64,000 nt of DNA from Syntrophales bacterium. Lineage in GTDB: Bacteria; Desulfobacterota; Syntrophia; Syntrophales; UBA4778. Positions 45,686-54,619 of the stretch are shown piece by piece. The first letter of the stretch is position 1, and each line of letters opens with the position of its first letter. The stretch lies in assembly GCA_041946925.1 (NCBI GenBank), contig JBHGBI010000001.1, forward strand, positions 32,884 through 96,883. The letters are read 5' to 3'. The translations under genes were made by a program, and so were the position numbers. The notes beneath the pieces were generated by a model. That model was not told where the DNA came from. It did no database searches and saw nothing but the letters and a program-made list of their open reading frames with translations.

Positions 45686-47362
45686 ATGGAACTTTTTTTC
45701 ACTCTTATAAAGGCAATGGCCGTTTTCCTGGTCATCGCTTATCTTTTTTCCAAAACACCGTGGTTCAAGCCCCTGACTACGGAAAGCCTGCGGTTTCGCG
45801 ATAAGCTATATATATACTTCTTCTTTTCCACCATCTCCATTCTGGGAACGTACCTGGGATTTCCCATCCATGACGCCATTGCGAACACCAGGGCCATCGG
45901 CCCCGTTCTGGCCGGCCTTGTTTTCGGCCCTGTGCTGGGTACGGCGACCGGTTTAACAGGGGGGCTGCATCGGTACTTTCTGGGAGGGTTCACGGCCTTC
46001 TCCTGCGGATTATCGACGACGGTCGAGGGGACCATCGGCGGCCTCGTTCATGTCTATTTGGTCAGGAAAAACAAGTCCCGGATGATCTTCGATCCCAAGG
46101 TAGCCTTTGTCACAACATTCTTCGCGGAAATCGTCCAGATGATAATAATCCTTCTTGCGTCGCGGCCTTTAACGGATGCAGTTGCCCTTGTGAAAGTCAT
46201 CGCCATCCCTATGATTCTGACGAGCGCAACAGGTGCCGCCCTCTTCCTGAGCATTATCCGCGACCAGAAGAATATCTATGACCGGGTGGCCGCCGTTTCA
46301 TCCGCCCGGGCGTTCAAGATCGCGGAGCGGACGCTGAACATTCTCAGCCGTGGCATCAGCCGGGAAACAGCCGGAGACCTGGCGAAGATCATCCGCGAGG
46401 AAACCGGCGTGGGTGCGGTGGCCATTACGGACAAGGAAAACGTCCTCGCTTTCGAAGGCGAAGGTTCGGATCACCATATACCCGGCGACCCCATCGCTTC
46501 GCCGTTGACGAAAGAGGCGATCAGTGAAAACAAGGTCATTTTTGTAGACGGCGTGCAGGATCCTTATGAATGCCCCATTTCCGACCGATGTCCCTTGAAT
46601 TCTGTGCTCGTGGTGCCTCTGCAGATAGATCAGGATGTAATCGGCACGATCAAACTTTATGAACCGAAGAACAGGTTTTTCCTCAACATTAACAAGAGCC
46701 TCGGAGAGGGGATCGCCAATCTGCTATCGAATCAGCTACTGCTGGCGCGCTACGAGGACCAGAAAAATCTTCTGATGACGGCTGAATTGAAGCTCATCCA
46801 GGCTCAGGTCAATCCCCACTTCCTTTTCAATTCCCTGAACACGATCATTTCGGTCATCCGGAGCGATTCGGCCAAGGCCCGGGATCTGCTGGTCAACCTC
46901 GCCAATTTTTTCCGGAAAAACCTCAAGAGAGGTGGGGAGCTTACGACACTTGAAGATGAGCTCGATCACGTCAACTCATACCTGACAATAGAAAAGGCGC
47001 GTTTCGACGACCGGCTTACGGTGGAAATGGACATCGACCCCTCACTGCTGAAACTGCAAATCCCGACTTTCACTCTGCAGCCCCTGATCGAAAATGCCAT
47101 CAAGCATGGTATTTCGAACATGCTGGGGCCAGGGAAAGCCAAAATAAGCGCCTACCGGAAAGGCGATTCAGCCGTCATCGAAGTCGAGGACAACGCAGGG
47201 ACCTATTCCCAGAAGAAGACCGCCGACGGGCTGGGGATTAATATCGTCGACAAGCGGATCAAAAACATTTTCGGCCGTCGCTACGGCACGGCGGTATCCT
47301 GCATTCCAAACGAAGTAACCCGCGTCACGGTGGAAGTGCCTGCAGGAGGTTCAGGGACATGA
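45686..47362 (+). CDS. LytS/BtsS-type sensor histidine kinase (5TMR-LYT, GAF, His_kinase, HATPase_c)
   Basis: 558 aa. N-terminal 5TM LytS receptor region, a central GAF-like region, the LIQAQVNPHFLFNSLNTI H-box of the LytS/YehU family, and a C-terminal ATPase domain. Confidence 0.85.
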   Translation: MELFFTLIKAMAVFLVIAYLFSKTPWFKPLTTESLRFRDKLYIYFFFSTISILGTYLGFPIHDAIANTRAIGPVLAGLVFGPVLGTATGLTGGLHRYFLGGFTAFSCGLSTTVEGTIGGLVHVYLVRKNKSRMIFDPKVAFVTTFFAEIVQMIIILLASRPLTDAVALVKVIAIPMILTSATGAALFLSIIRDQKNIYDRVAAVSSARAFKIAERTLNILSRGISRETAGDLAKIIREETGVGAVAITDKENVLAFEGEGSDHHIPGDPIASPLTKEAISENKVIFVDGVQDPYECPISDRCPLNSVLVVPLQIDQDVIGTIKLYEPKNRFFLNINKSLGEGIANLLSNQLLLARYEDQKNLLMTAELKLIQAQVNPHFLFNSLNTIISVIRSDSAKARDLLVNLANFFRKNLKRGGELTTLEDELDHVNSYLTIEKARFDDRLTVEMDIDPSLLKLQIPTFTLQPLIENAIKHGISNMLGPGKAKISAYRKGDSAVIEVEDNAGTYSQKKTADGLGINIVDKRIKNIFGRRYGTAVSCIPNEVTRVTVEVPAGGSGT

Positions 47363-48069
47363 TTCGTGCTCTTGTCGTTGATGATGAAATCCATGCCCGT
47401 GAAGAGCTGAATGCTTTGCTGGCCGAAACAGGGGAGTTCGCGGTTATCGGCACATGCGCCAATGCCGTCGAAGCAATCCAGGCCATCAACCGGGAAAAAC
47501 CGGATGTCGTTTTCCTCGATATCCAGATGCCGGTGATTAACGGTTTCGAGCTTCTGAGCATGATAGATGAAAAAATCATGCCGCTCATCGTATTCGTTAC
47601 AGCTTACGATGAGTATGCCTTGAAGGCCTTCGATGAAAATGCCCTCGATTACCTTCTCAAGCCGGTGGATAAGGAAAGGATCGTCAAAACCGTCCGGAAA
47701 CTCAAGACGATGTTGAATGAGGGGGGAAGGCCCGTATATGCCGGGCCGGATATCAGAAAAATTCCCTGCATCACTACAGCTGGAATCAAGTTGATCAACG
47801 TATCCGACGTGGAGTATGTCAGGTCGAACGAGGCGGGTGTTTACATTGTTTGCGCCAAGGGAGAATACTTCACCGATCTGACGCTCAAGGTGCTCGAAAA
47901 CCGGGCGAATCTGATCCGGTCCCATAAACAGTTTCTCGTCAACATCGACCGGGTGGACGAGATACTTTTCCACGACCACATGGCGGCGGACATAAAAATG
48001 AAATCGGGCAAGACCGTGCCGGTGAGCCGTCGGTATCTCAAGCTTCTCAGGGAAAAGCTGAATTTCTGA
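47359..48069 (+). CDS. LytTR/LytR-AlgR family response regulator (BtsR/LytT-like)
   Basis: Receiver domain (VVDDE...DVVFLDIQMP) plus a C-terminal LytTR DNA-binding domain. The start overlaps the kinase stop (ATGA). Confidence 0.85.
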   Translation: MIRALVVDDEIHAREELNALLAETGEFAVIGTCANAVEAIQAINREKPDVVFLDIQMPVINGFELLSMIDEKIMPLIVFVTAYDEYALKAFDENALDYLLKPVDKERIVKTVRKLKTMLNEGGRPVYAGPDIRKIPCITTAGIKLINVSDVEYVRSNEAGVYIVCAKGEYFTDLTLKVLENRANLIRSHKQFLVNIDRVDEILFHDHMAADIKMKSGKTVPVSRRYLKLLREKLNF

Positions 48070-48235
48070 TCCCGCCCTCCGGACGATCCCTCACCCATTC
48101 GCCCATTTCACATGTCAGAAGAAAGATAAAAAAATCCCCATCCTTACAAGCCTTCAAAAACGCCGGGGTACCAGGCGCAATCAAGCCGTAAGATGGTGAA
48201 GAGTGAGAAGCGAGGTTTGGATTCTTCACATCCAT

Positions 48236-48284
48236 GCCGCTTAATCTCCGATAATAACCGCTTACAAAATAATCCGACCGCCTG
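48236..48284 (+). promoter_or_regulatory. three direct repeats resembling the BtsR/YehT (LytTR) box upstream of cstA
   Basis: GCCGCTTA (48236-48243), 13 nt, ACCGCTTA (48257-48264), 12 nt, ACCGCCTG (48277-48284). The motif reported for E. coli YehT is ACC[G/A]CT[C/T]A repeated after a 13-bp spacer. Confidence 0.5.
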
Positions 48285-48419
48285 TCGGGCTTCCTGTTGC
48301 GGAACCGTCCTGCCTTTGCGTTAATGTTATCGTTAATGTTGTACAGGTGATTCTCATTCAGAACAGACGAAAAGGTTGTCCGCCGGATCAATAGGTGGAT
48401 ACAGCAAAAGGAGGCTTAT

Positions 48420-50309
48420 ATGAATGCACTCGTTGGTTTGAATGCGGTGACGCTGGTCTTCGTATCCCTGTGCATCTTCGCCATCGGATACAGACTCTAC
48501 GGTCTGTTCATCGCCAACAAGGTCCTTCAAGTGAGGCAGGACAGACCAGTGCCGGCCGTACTGCAGGCGGACGGCCATGACTATGTCAAGACAAACAAGT
48601 ACGTCCTTTTCGGACACCATTTTGCCGCTATCGCTGCGGCAGGCCCTCTCCTGGGGCCTGTTCTGGCGGCGCAGTTCGGGTATCTGCCGGGCGCCATCTG
48701 GATCATCGTCGGAGCGGTCCTGGCGGGAGCCGTACACGACATGGTGGTCCTTTTCGCTTCGGTAAGGCACAAGGCGCAGAGCCTGGCGAAAATCGCTGAG
48801 AGCGAGGTGGGAAAGACGGCCGGTCTTGTGGCTTCTTTCGCCTACATATTCATTCTCGTTCTGACGCTGGCGGGGTTGTCGATCGCCGTCGTGAACGCCC
48901 TGTTCGACAGCGTCTGGGGGACATTTGTCGTAGCTTCGACGATCCCCATAGCCATCTTCATGGGGTTGTGGATGCAGAAGATCCGCCCTAACGACGTGCC
49001 GGGCGCCAGCATCATCGGTGTTGTCCTTCTCGTAGCGGCCATTGTGGCCGGGCCTTATGTTGCGGCCAATCCGACTCTGGCGGCCCTCCTGACATTGAGC
49101 AAGAAACAACTGGCCGTCGCGATCCCGATTTACGCTCTGGCGGCTTCTGTCCTTCCCGTATGGCTGCTGCTTGCGCCCAGGGACTACCTCTCCACCTACC
49201 TCAAGATCGCCACGATCGTCATGCTGGCCGCGGGGATTTTGATAGTTCAGCCCAAGATGCTTATGCCTCCCCTAACCCGGTTCGCCGGCGGCGGAGGCCC
49301 GGTCATTCCCGGCAATGTGTTCCCCTTTGTATTCATCACGATTGCCTGCGGGGCCATTTCCGGGTTCCACGCGATCATCGCCTCGGGGACGACCCCGAAG
49401 ATGATCGGCAGCGAACGGGACATTCCCTTCGTGGGCTACGGAGCCATGCTGGTCGAAGGCTTCGTCGCCGTCATGGCGCTCATTGCCGCTTCCGTGCTGG
49501 TTCCGGCTGACTACTTCGCGATCAACAGCGCCCCGGCGGCCTTTGCGAAGCTGGGTATCGACCCCGTGAACCTCCCCTGGCTCGCTCAGGAAGTGGGCGA
49601 GAAGATTCAGGGCCGGCCTGGCGGAGCCGTATCGCTTGCCGTTGGAATGGCTTATGTATTTTCCTCCATCCCATTCCTGGAACACCTGATGGCCTACTGG
49701 TATCACTTCGCCATTATGTTTGAGGCGGTGTTTATATTGACGGCGGTCGATGCCGGCACGCGGGTGGGACGATTCCTGCTGCAAGAACTCTTCGGGAAGG
49801 TGATCCCCAGGTTCGCCGAGACCCACTGGATACCCGGCCTGCTCCTCACCGGCACGCTCTTTACCTTCATGTGGGGGTATCTGGTCTACACCGGCGACAT
49901 CGCCTCGATCTGGCCGCTCTTCGGAATGAGCAACCAGCTCTTGGCGGCAAGCGGCCTCATCATCGTCACGACGATGCTTATCCGGCTGGGCAGGGCGAAG
50001 TACATGTGGGTGACCGCGGTGCCTGGAATTTTCATGGCCTTCGTCACCGTGTACGCGGGATACCTGAACATCACGGTGAACTATCTGCCGAAGGGAGACT
50101 ACTTGCTGGCCGTGCTCTCCGTCATGGTCATTATCCTCATGGTGATCGTCTTCGTGGCGACTTTCAGGAGGTGGTACGAGCTCCTTCAGATCAAGGAGAG
50201 GGTTACAGACATATGGGGAGAGAAGGTGCTCGCGCTGGTCAAGGATGAAAATGTGCCTGTGGCGGAGGAGGTCAAGCAGGGTAATGTAGGCTTCAGAGCC
50301 ATAAAATAA
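48420..50309 (+). CDS. cstA: carbon starvation protein A family transporter (CstA/BtsT-like pyruvate/peptide transporter)
   Basis: 629-aa polytopic protein with the CstA N-terminal pattern (YRLYGLFIANKVL...GHHFAAIAAAGPLLGPVLAAQFGYLPG). Confidence 0.9.
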   Translation: MNALVGLNAVTLVFVSLCIFAIGYRLYGLFIANKVLQVRQDRPVPAVLQADGHDYVKTNKYVLFGHHFAAIAAAGPLLGPVLAAQFGYLPGAIWIIVGAVLAGAVHDMVVLFASVRHKAQSLAKIAESEVGKTAGLVASFAYIFILVLTLAGLSIAVVNALFDSVWGTFVVASTIPIAIFMGLWMQKIRPNDVPGASIIGVVLLVAAIVAGPYVAANPTLAALLTLSKKQLAVAIPIYALAASVLPVWLLLAPRDYLSTYLKIATIVMLAAGILIVQPKMLMPPLTRFAGGGGPVIPGNVFPFVFITIACGAISGFHAIIASGTTPKMIGSERDIPFVGYGAMLVEGFVAVMALIAASVLVPADYFAINSAPAAFAKLGIDPVNLPWLAQEVGEKIQGRPGGAVSLAVGMAYVFSSIPFLEHLMAYWYHFAIMFEAVFILTAVDAGTRVGRFLLQELFGKVIPRFAETHWIPGLLLTGTLFTFMWGYLVYTGDIASIWPLFGMSNQLLAASGLIIVTTMLIRLGRAKYMWVTAVPGIFMAFVTVYAGYLNITVNYLPKGDYLLAVLSVMVIILMVIVFVATFRRWYELLQIKERVTDIWGEKVLALVKDENVPVAEEVKQGNVGFRAIK

Positions 50310-50332
50310 ATAAACCGGGCTGTTATAACCGC

Positions 50333-50368
50333 AGGGGCGTGAATGCATTTTCGCGCCCCTTCTTTTTA
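50333..50368. terminator. rho-independent terminator after cstA (shared with the convergent OMP gene)
   Basis: AGGGGCG (50333-50339) pairs with CGCCCCT (50354-50360) and is followed by TCTTTTTATT. Confidence 0.65.
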
Positions 50369-50393
50369 TTATATTTCCCGGCAAACAGGGTCA

Positions 50394-51224
50394 TCAAAAC
50401 GCATACGATACCGCCGCGTTCACTCCGTATTGATGTGTCCGGCTGGCGGGTTCGTAAGCATACCCGATCACGGTCCCTCTGTTGGTGAGACTGACATTGT
50501 CGCTCCGGCCGATGGCGCTGTATTCGTACCACGGGGTAATCACGAGCGACCACTCGCCGGAAATCCGGTACCGGACGGGAATTTCGGCGTAGCAGCCTAC
50601 CTCATTGCCCAATGTGAACTCGGGGTCGTTCCTGCCTGGGATGACTTGGGAATCCCGGGCCGTCATCTTTCCGTTGAACATGAAATTGGCAGAGAACGCG
50701 GCGCCGACGTTCCACTTGTCATTGACCGCGTAATCCAGCCTGAGCCCGACCGGGATATAGCTCCAGCTGTAATCCTCCTGGGATTCAGTGTACGTCGCGG
50801 TAACCCTGTTCTGGCCACGCTCCCAGTAACGGTATCCGTAGCCGGTGAAGGGGATCAGCGACGCCCTTTTGCCCAGTGGAAATGTGTAACCTATATCCCA
50901 TTGAAGTTTCAGGAAGCGCTGGCGGCTGTCCGCAATAATCAGGGGAGTCCCGTCCTGGGTGGAGCCGTCGTATGTAATATCCCCTCCCGCATAGCTGAGA
51001 TACAGTTTGGTATAAAAGGACGATTTTCTTTTATAGTCGTAACTGAAATAGATGCCCGGGAGCCATCCGCTCTCCGTGCTTTTGTGCGGGGGGACGAGAT
51101 CTTCCTTGTAGTCGAAATAGAAATAGTTGAGGCCGAATTCGAGAGAAGAATCGGCTGAATATGAGGTCAGGGGTAAACAGAAAATACAGGCCGAGAAGTA
51201 GATCACGGTCAGATGTTTCTTCAT
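50394..51224 (-). CDS. outer-membrane beta-barrel protein (family not recognised)
   Basis: Signal peptide MKKHLTVIYFSACIFCLPLTSYSA, an alternating aromatic/hydrophilic strand pattern, and C-terminal AAVSYAF. Confidence 0.6.
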   Translation of the reverse strand: MKKHLTVIYFSACIFCLPLTSYSADSSLEFGLNYFYFDYKEDLVPPHKSTESGWLPGIYFSYDYKRKSSFYTKLYLSYAGGDITYDGSTQDGTPLIIADSRQRFLKLQWDIGYTFPLGKRASLIPFTGYGYRYWERGQNRVTATYTESQEDYSWSYIPVGLRLDYAVNDKWNVGAAFSANFMFNGKMTARDSQVIPGRNDPEFTLGNEVGCYAEIPVRYRISGEWSLVITPWYEYSAIGRSDNVSLTNRGTVIGYAYEPASRTHQYGVNAAVSYAF

Positions 51225-51341
51225 GGCGCACTCCTTCCGAGAGAGGTAAAAATTATGAAGACGAAGATTTGGGAAGATTATTTAAAATCCAGGCGAAAAG
51301 TTTAAGATTAAGAAAGTTCGGATAACTGTTCCCCGGATTCT

Positions 51342-52016
51342 CTATTTCAATACTACAAGCGCGTCCACCGCGACCGGGACTCCGGCGGAAATGACGAACG
51401 GGTTTATATCGATTTCCTTGATATCCGGATAGTCTGCTGCGATATTCCCCACGCTGACAAGTATATCCGCGAGGAGTCCCGTATCCAAGGCTCCCATTCC
51501 CCGAATGTCATCTAGTATCTTCCTGGCGTTTATCTGCCCGATCATGTCGAAGGCCTCCCGCCTGTCGAACGGCGCGAGCCTGAATGCTACATTGGACAGG
51601 ACTTCCGTGAAAGCGCCGCCCAGCCCGAACATGACGGTGGGGCCGAACTGGGCGTCTCGCGTGAGGCCGACAATCAGTTCACGGCTTCCTTTTATCATCT
51701 CCTGAATGAGGACGACCGGCTTCCCGCCGGGCATTTTCGCCGCGATCTTCTCAAAAGCTTCTTCCGCTTCGCGTTTGTTCCTGATATCCAGCAGAACAAG
51801 ACCCAGCTCGGTTTTGTGAGAAATACCCGGCGCGCATCCTTTCATTACCACGGGAAAGCCGATCTCGACGGCGGCGGCGCGACAGGCGCGCTTGCTGCCG
51901 GCCAGCCGCTCCTTCACTACGGGTATCCCGCGGCTCCCCAGTATCAGCTTGGCTTCGTACTCGGTCAGTATTTTCCGCCCCTCTTTGTGGGCCTGCTTAA
52001 TCACGTCCATCGGCAC
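51342..52016 (-). CDS. acetate--CoA ligase (ADP-forming) beta-type subunit (ATP-grasp domain)
   Basis: 224 aa. LTEYEAKLILGSRGIPVV...GFPVVMK is the typical ATP-grasp_5 domain of ADP-forming acyl-CoA synthetases. It overlaps the upstream subunit by 20 nt. Confidence 0.75.
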   Translation of the reverse strand: MPMDVIKQAHKEGRKILTEYEAKLILGSRGIPVVKERLAGSKRACRAAAVEIGFPVVMKGCAPGISHKTELGLVLLDIRNKREAEEAFEKIAAKMPGGKPVVLIQEMIKGSRELIVGLTRDAQFGPTVMFGLGGAFTEVLSNVAFRLAPFDRREAFDMIGQINARKILDDIRGMGALDTGLLADILVSVGNIAADYPDIKEIDINPFVISAGVPVAVDALVVLK

Positions 52017-53409
52017 CTCCCATGTACCTGCAGTATTTCGCCAGATAGCTCGCGGCTAATGCCGCATCTTCGGGCGCCTGATATACGGGAATACCCGCCT
52101 CCTGCATGATTCTCACGTCGTCGACGATCTCCTCGCGGGAGGCCACGATCGATACGATGATCGGCTTCGATGTTCTCTGTCTCAGTTCCGCCAGGGCCTT
52201 TGCTGGCGTTTCGAAATTCCGGTGAATGGCGTAGACAGAGATCAGCATGTCTACACCATCGTCCTCGAGTATGGCCTCCGCGCATTTCGAATAATACTCA
52301 GCGAAAAAACCGGAGCCGGTTACATCTATCGGGTTGGAGGCGAGCACAACAGGCACATGTTCGCCTATTATCTTCCTGATCTTTCTTCGCGTCTCTTCCG
52401 AGGTCCCGGCGAGGGGGCATCCGTTTTCAATAAGGGTATCGAGCGCCAGTATGCTCGGTCCCGCGGTGTGCGTCAGGACGGCGACCCGTTCCCCGTCAGG
52501 GCGGGGCGCCAGGGCGAGCGCTTTGCAAACCACGGACAGTTCCATTGAATTCCGCACCTCGAGTATCCTGAATTGCCGGCACGCGTCATGGAATATCTTG
52601 TATGTCCCTCCCATGGTTCCTGTATGGCTCGCAGCTACTGCACCCATTGATTCGGATCTCGCACCTTTCAGGAGTACAAGGGGCTTCTTCCGCGCGAGTT
52701 TTCCAGCCGCCTCTATGAAGGCGCGGCCGTCCTCCACGCCCTCGACAAAGGCGGCGATGACACGCGTGTCATCATCGGCGGCGAGGTAGTGGAACATGTC
52801 GCTGAACTCGAGATTGGTGCGGTTTCCCAGGCAGACCCACTTGTTCACGCCTATGTTTCTGTCTATCATATCATTCAGCATAGTGCATGCCACGCCTCCG
52901 CTCTGGCTTACGATCGAGACGGCCCCTTTCGGGTTTCCTTTTTTGAAGGACCAGAACGTGGCATACAGGCGATGGTCGTTATTGATGACTCCGAGTATAT
53001 TAGGCCCGAAGATGATTATTTTGTTCGCGTCGGCCTTCTCCCGCAGTATCTTTTCATATCGCGCGCCTTCCTCGCCGACTTCTTTGAACCCCCCCGCGAG
53101 GCAGACAATTCCCTTGACGCCGATCCGCGCGCAGCTCTCGATTACCGGCCCTGCAGTCAGCTTCGCGTTCAAGCCGCAGATGACGAGGTCTACAGGCTGC
53201 CCGATCTCCTCGATACTGGCATAGACCTTAAGGCCGAGCAGTTCTTTAAGGCGGGGATGGACGGGGTAGATTGGACCGGGGAATCCCTCGAGCTTGAGGA
53301 CATCGACGACCTGAGTGCCTAAGTTGTTGGCGGCGTCTGATACGCCGAGGACGGCGACACTGCGGGGATAAAGAGCCTCGCGGATTCTCTTCAGTTTCCA
53401 TTCTTCCAT
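51997..53409 (-). CDS. acetate--CoA ligase (ADP-forming) alpha-type subunit (CoA-binding plus succinyl-CoA-synthetase-like flavodoxin domains)
   Basis: Start chosen at MEEWKLKRIREALYPRSVAVLGVSD (CoA_binding_2 N-terminus). It includes GPNILGV and the phosphohistidine-loop region SHTGTMGG. Confidence 0.75.
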   Translation of the reverse strand: MEEWKLKRIREALYPRSVAVLGVSDAANNLGTQVVDVLKLEGFPGPIYPVHPRLKELLGLKVYASIEEIGQPVDLVICGLNAKLTAGPVIESCARIGVKGIVCLAGGFKEVGEEGARYEKILREKADANKIIIFGPNILGVINNDHRLYATFWSFKKGNPKGAVSIVSQSGGVACTMLNDMIDRNIGVNKWVCLGNRTNLEFSDMFHYLAADDDTRVIAAFVEGVEDGRAFIEAAGKLARKKPLVLLKGARSESMGAVAASHTGTMGGTYKIFHDACRQFRILEVRNSMELSVVCKALALAPRPDGERVAVLTHTAGPSILALDTLIENGCPLAGTSEETRRKIRKIIGEHVPVVLASNPIDVTGSGFFAEYYSKCAEAILEDDGVDMLISVYAIHRNFETPAKALAELRQRTSKPIIVSIVASREEIVDDVRIMQEAGIPVYQAPEDAALAASYLAKYCRYMGGADGRD

Positions 53410-53958
53410 GATGACGTTGCTCCTTTGTGAGTGCGATCTCTTTATCGCTTTTGAGGAGAAAAGTAAATGTTTAAAACAGGCATCAGCAGACTGTTGAAAA
53501 ACAATCATTTGCGCAGCTGCAATGCTACGGGCGAAGGATCAAGGACTGAAGGCGACAGGGGGGATGAATTGGTGAGTCTTTTAATTACCGAAGGCTTTAT
53601 CCTGCTCCGAAAACCCGCGAATGTCCGCCTTACCCTTCACTTTTGAGGCAAATGGTATGCATGTCCTCTGCAAAAATCAAGTAACTACGGATACTGACAA
53701 CACCCTGTCTCCCTGGTATGTATATTGCTTTCCTCAGTCTGATTTGCGCGATTGACTTTTAAAATAAAAGTTGTATCCTTGTGCTTGTTTGAAGCAGGTG
53801 ATGAGCAGTATTCTCGATTCACCTTCTCTTTGTCTTCGTTCTTATCTTCCGCAGGAACCGCTTCTCACAGATCACCTTGGATAACGGGCACGGCTAAGGC
53901 GGAAATTCGCCTGAACGTGAATCAGTTCACGATACCGTTGATAAAAGGAGTTCTTCAG

Positions 53959-54591
53959 ATGATTTCGCGAACGGAATTTTCGGATATCAAACCGATGGCA
54001 TTGAGAAGAAGAAGGTGGAAATTCATTACCCGCGCAGGAATTGTCCTTCCGGTCGTCATGGCTTTGTTTGCCGTGTCTTCATGCTATTACCCTAACCACC
54101 AGGCCGTTTACCAGCCGGTTTCTGAAAACGGCGGGAACGCGAAACCTCCTGTCACCCAGATTTATTTCTATCCGAAGGCGGGACAGACTCCCGAACAGCA
54201 GGACAGGGATCGTTATGAATGTTACCTTTGGGCTGTAAACCAGACCGGTTTCGATCCGAGCCGGCCCTCTACACCGCCGGACTATCGTGTCAGTGTGGTG
54301 CCGTCGCCTCCGCCCGGGCATGACACGGCTATAGGAGCTGTTGCCGGCGCGTTGATAGGCGCAGTGGCGGCCGGACCGAGACATGCCGCCGGGGGTGCCG
54401 TGATCGGAGCCGGCGCGGGTGCTGTCGCTGGCGCTGTCTCCGATGCCGCGAGGCAGGAATCGGCGATGCGTATGGAAGAGAGTTACGCCAGGCAGGACCG
54501 GGCGCGGAATGCCCAACTTGAAAAGAAGGCGCTTGAGTACCGGCGCGCGATGTCCGCCTGCCTTGAGGGTCGCGGCTACAGTGTCCGTTAA
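53959..54591 (+). CDS. glycine-zipper lipoprotein with a split conserved 2-Cys module
   Basis: Start after AAAGGAG. Lipobox AVSSC, and a Gly-zipper AIGAVAGALIGAVAAG...GGAVIGAGAGAVAGAV. The motifs QIYFYPKAGQTPEQQDRDRYECYLWAVNQTGFDP and EYRRAMSACLEGRGYSVR are shared with the next gene. Confidence 0.55.
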   Translation: MISRTEFSDIKPMALRRRRWKFITRAGIVLPVVMALFAVSSCYYPNHQAVYQPVSENGGNAKPPVTQIYFYPKAGQTPEQQDRDRYECYLWAVNQTGFDPSRPSTPPDYRVSVVPSPPPGHDTAIGAVAGALIGAVAAGPRHAAGGAVIGAGAGAVAGAVSDAARQESAMRMEESYARQDRARNAQLEKKALEYRRAMSACLEGRGYSVR

Positions 54592-54619
54592 AAAGAATCA
54601 TTTTTCGGAGTATGAAAAA

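Noticed and set aside
49272-50384. 370-aa minus-strand ORF
   Set aside because: It is antisense to cstA. The shadow-ORF argument applies.
53465-53644. 59-aa ORF with a GAGGAG SD in the 550-nt spacer (MFKTGISRLLKNNHLRSC...)
   Set aside because: It has no recognisable motif, hydrophobic segment or Cys pattern. The evidence is not enough to call it a gene, so the region is only flagged in a finding.
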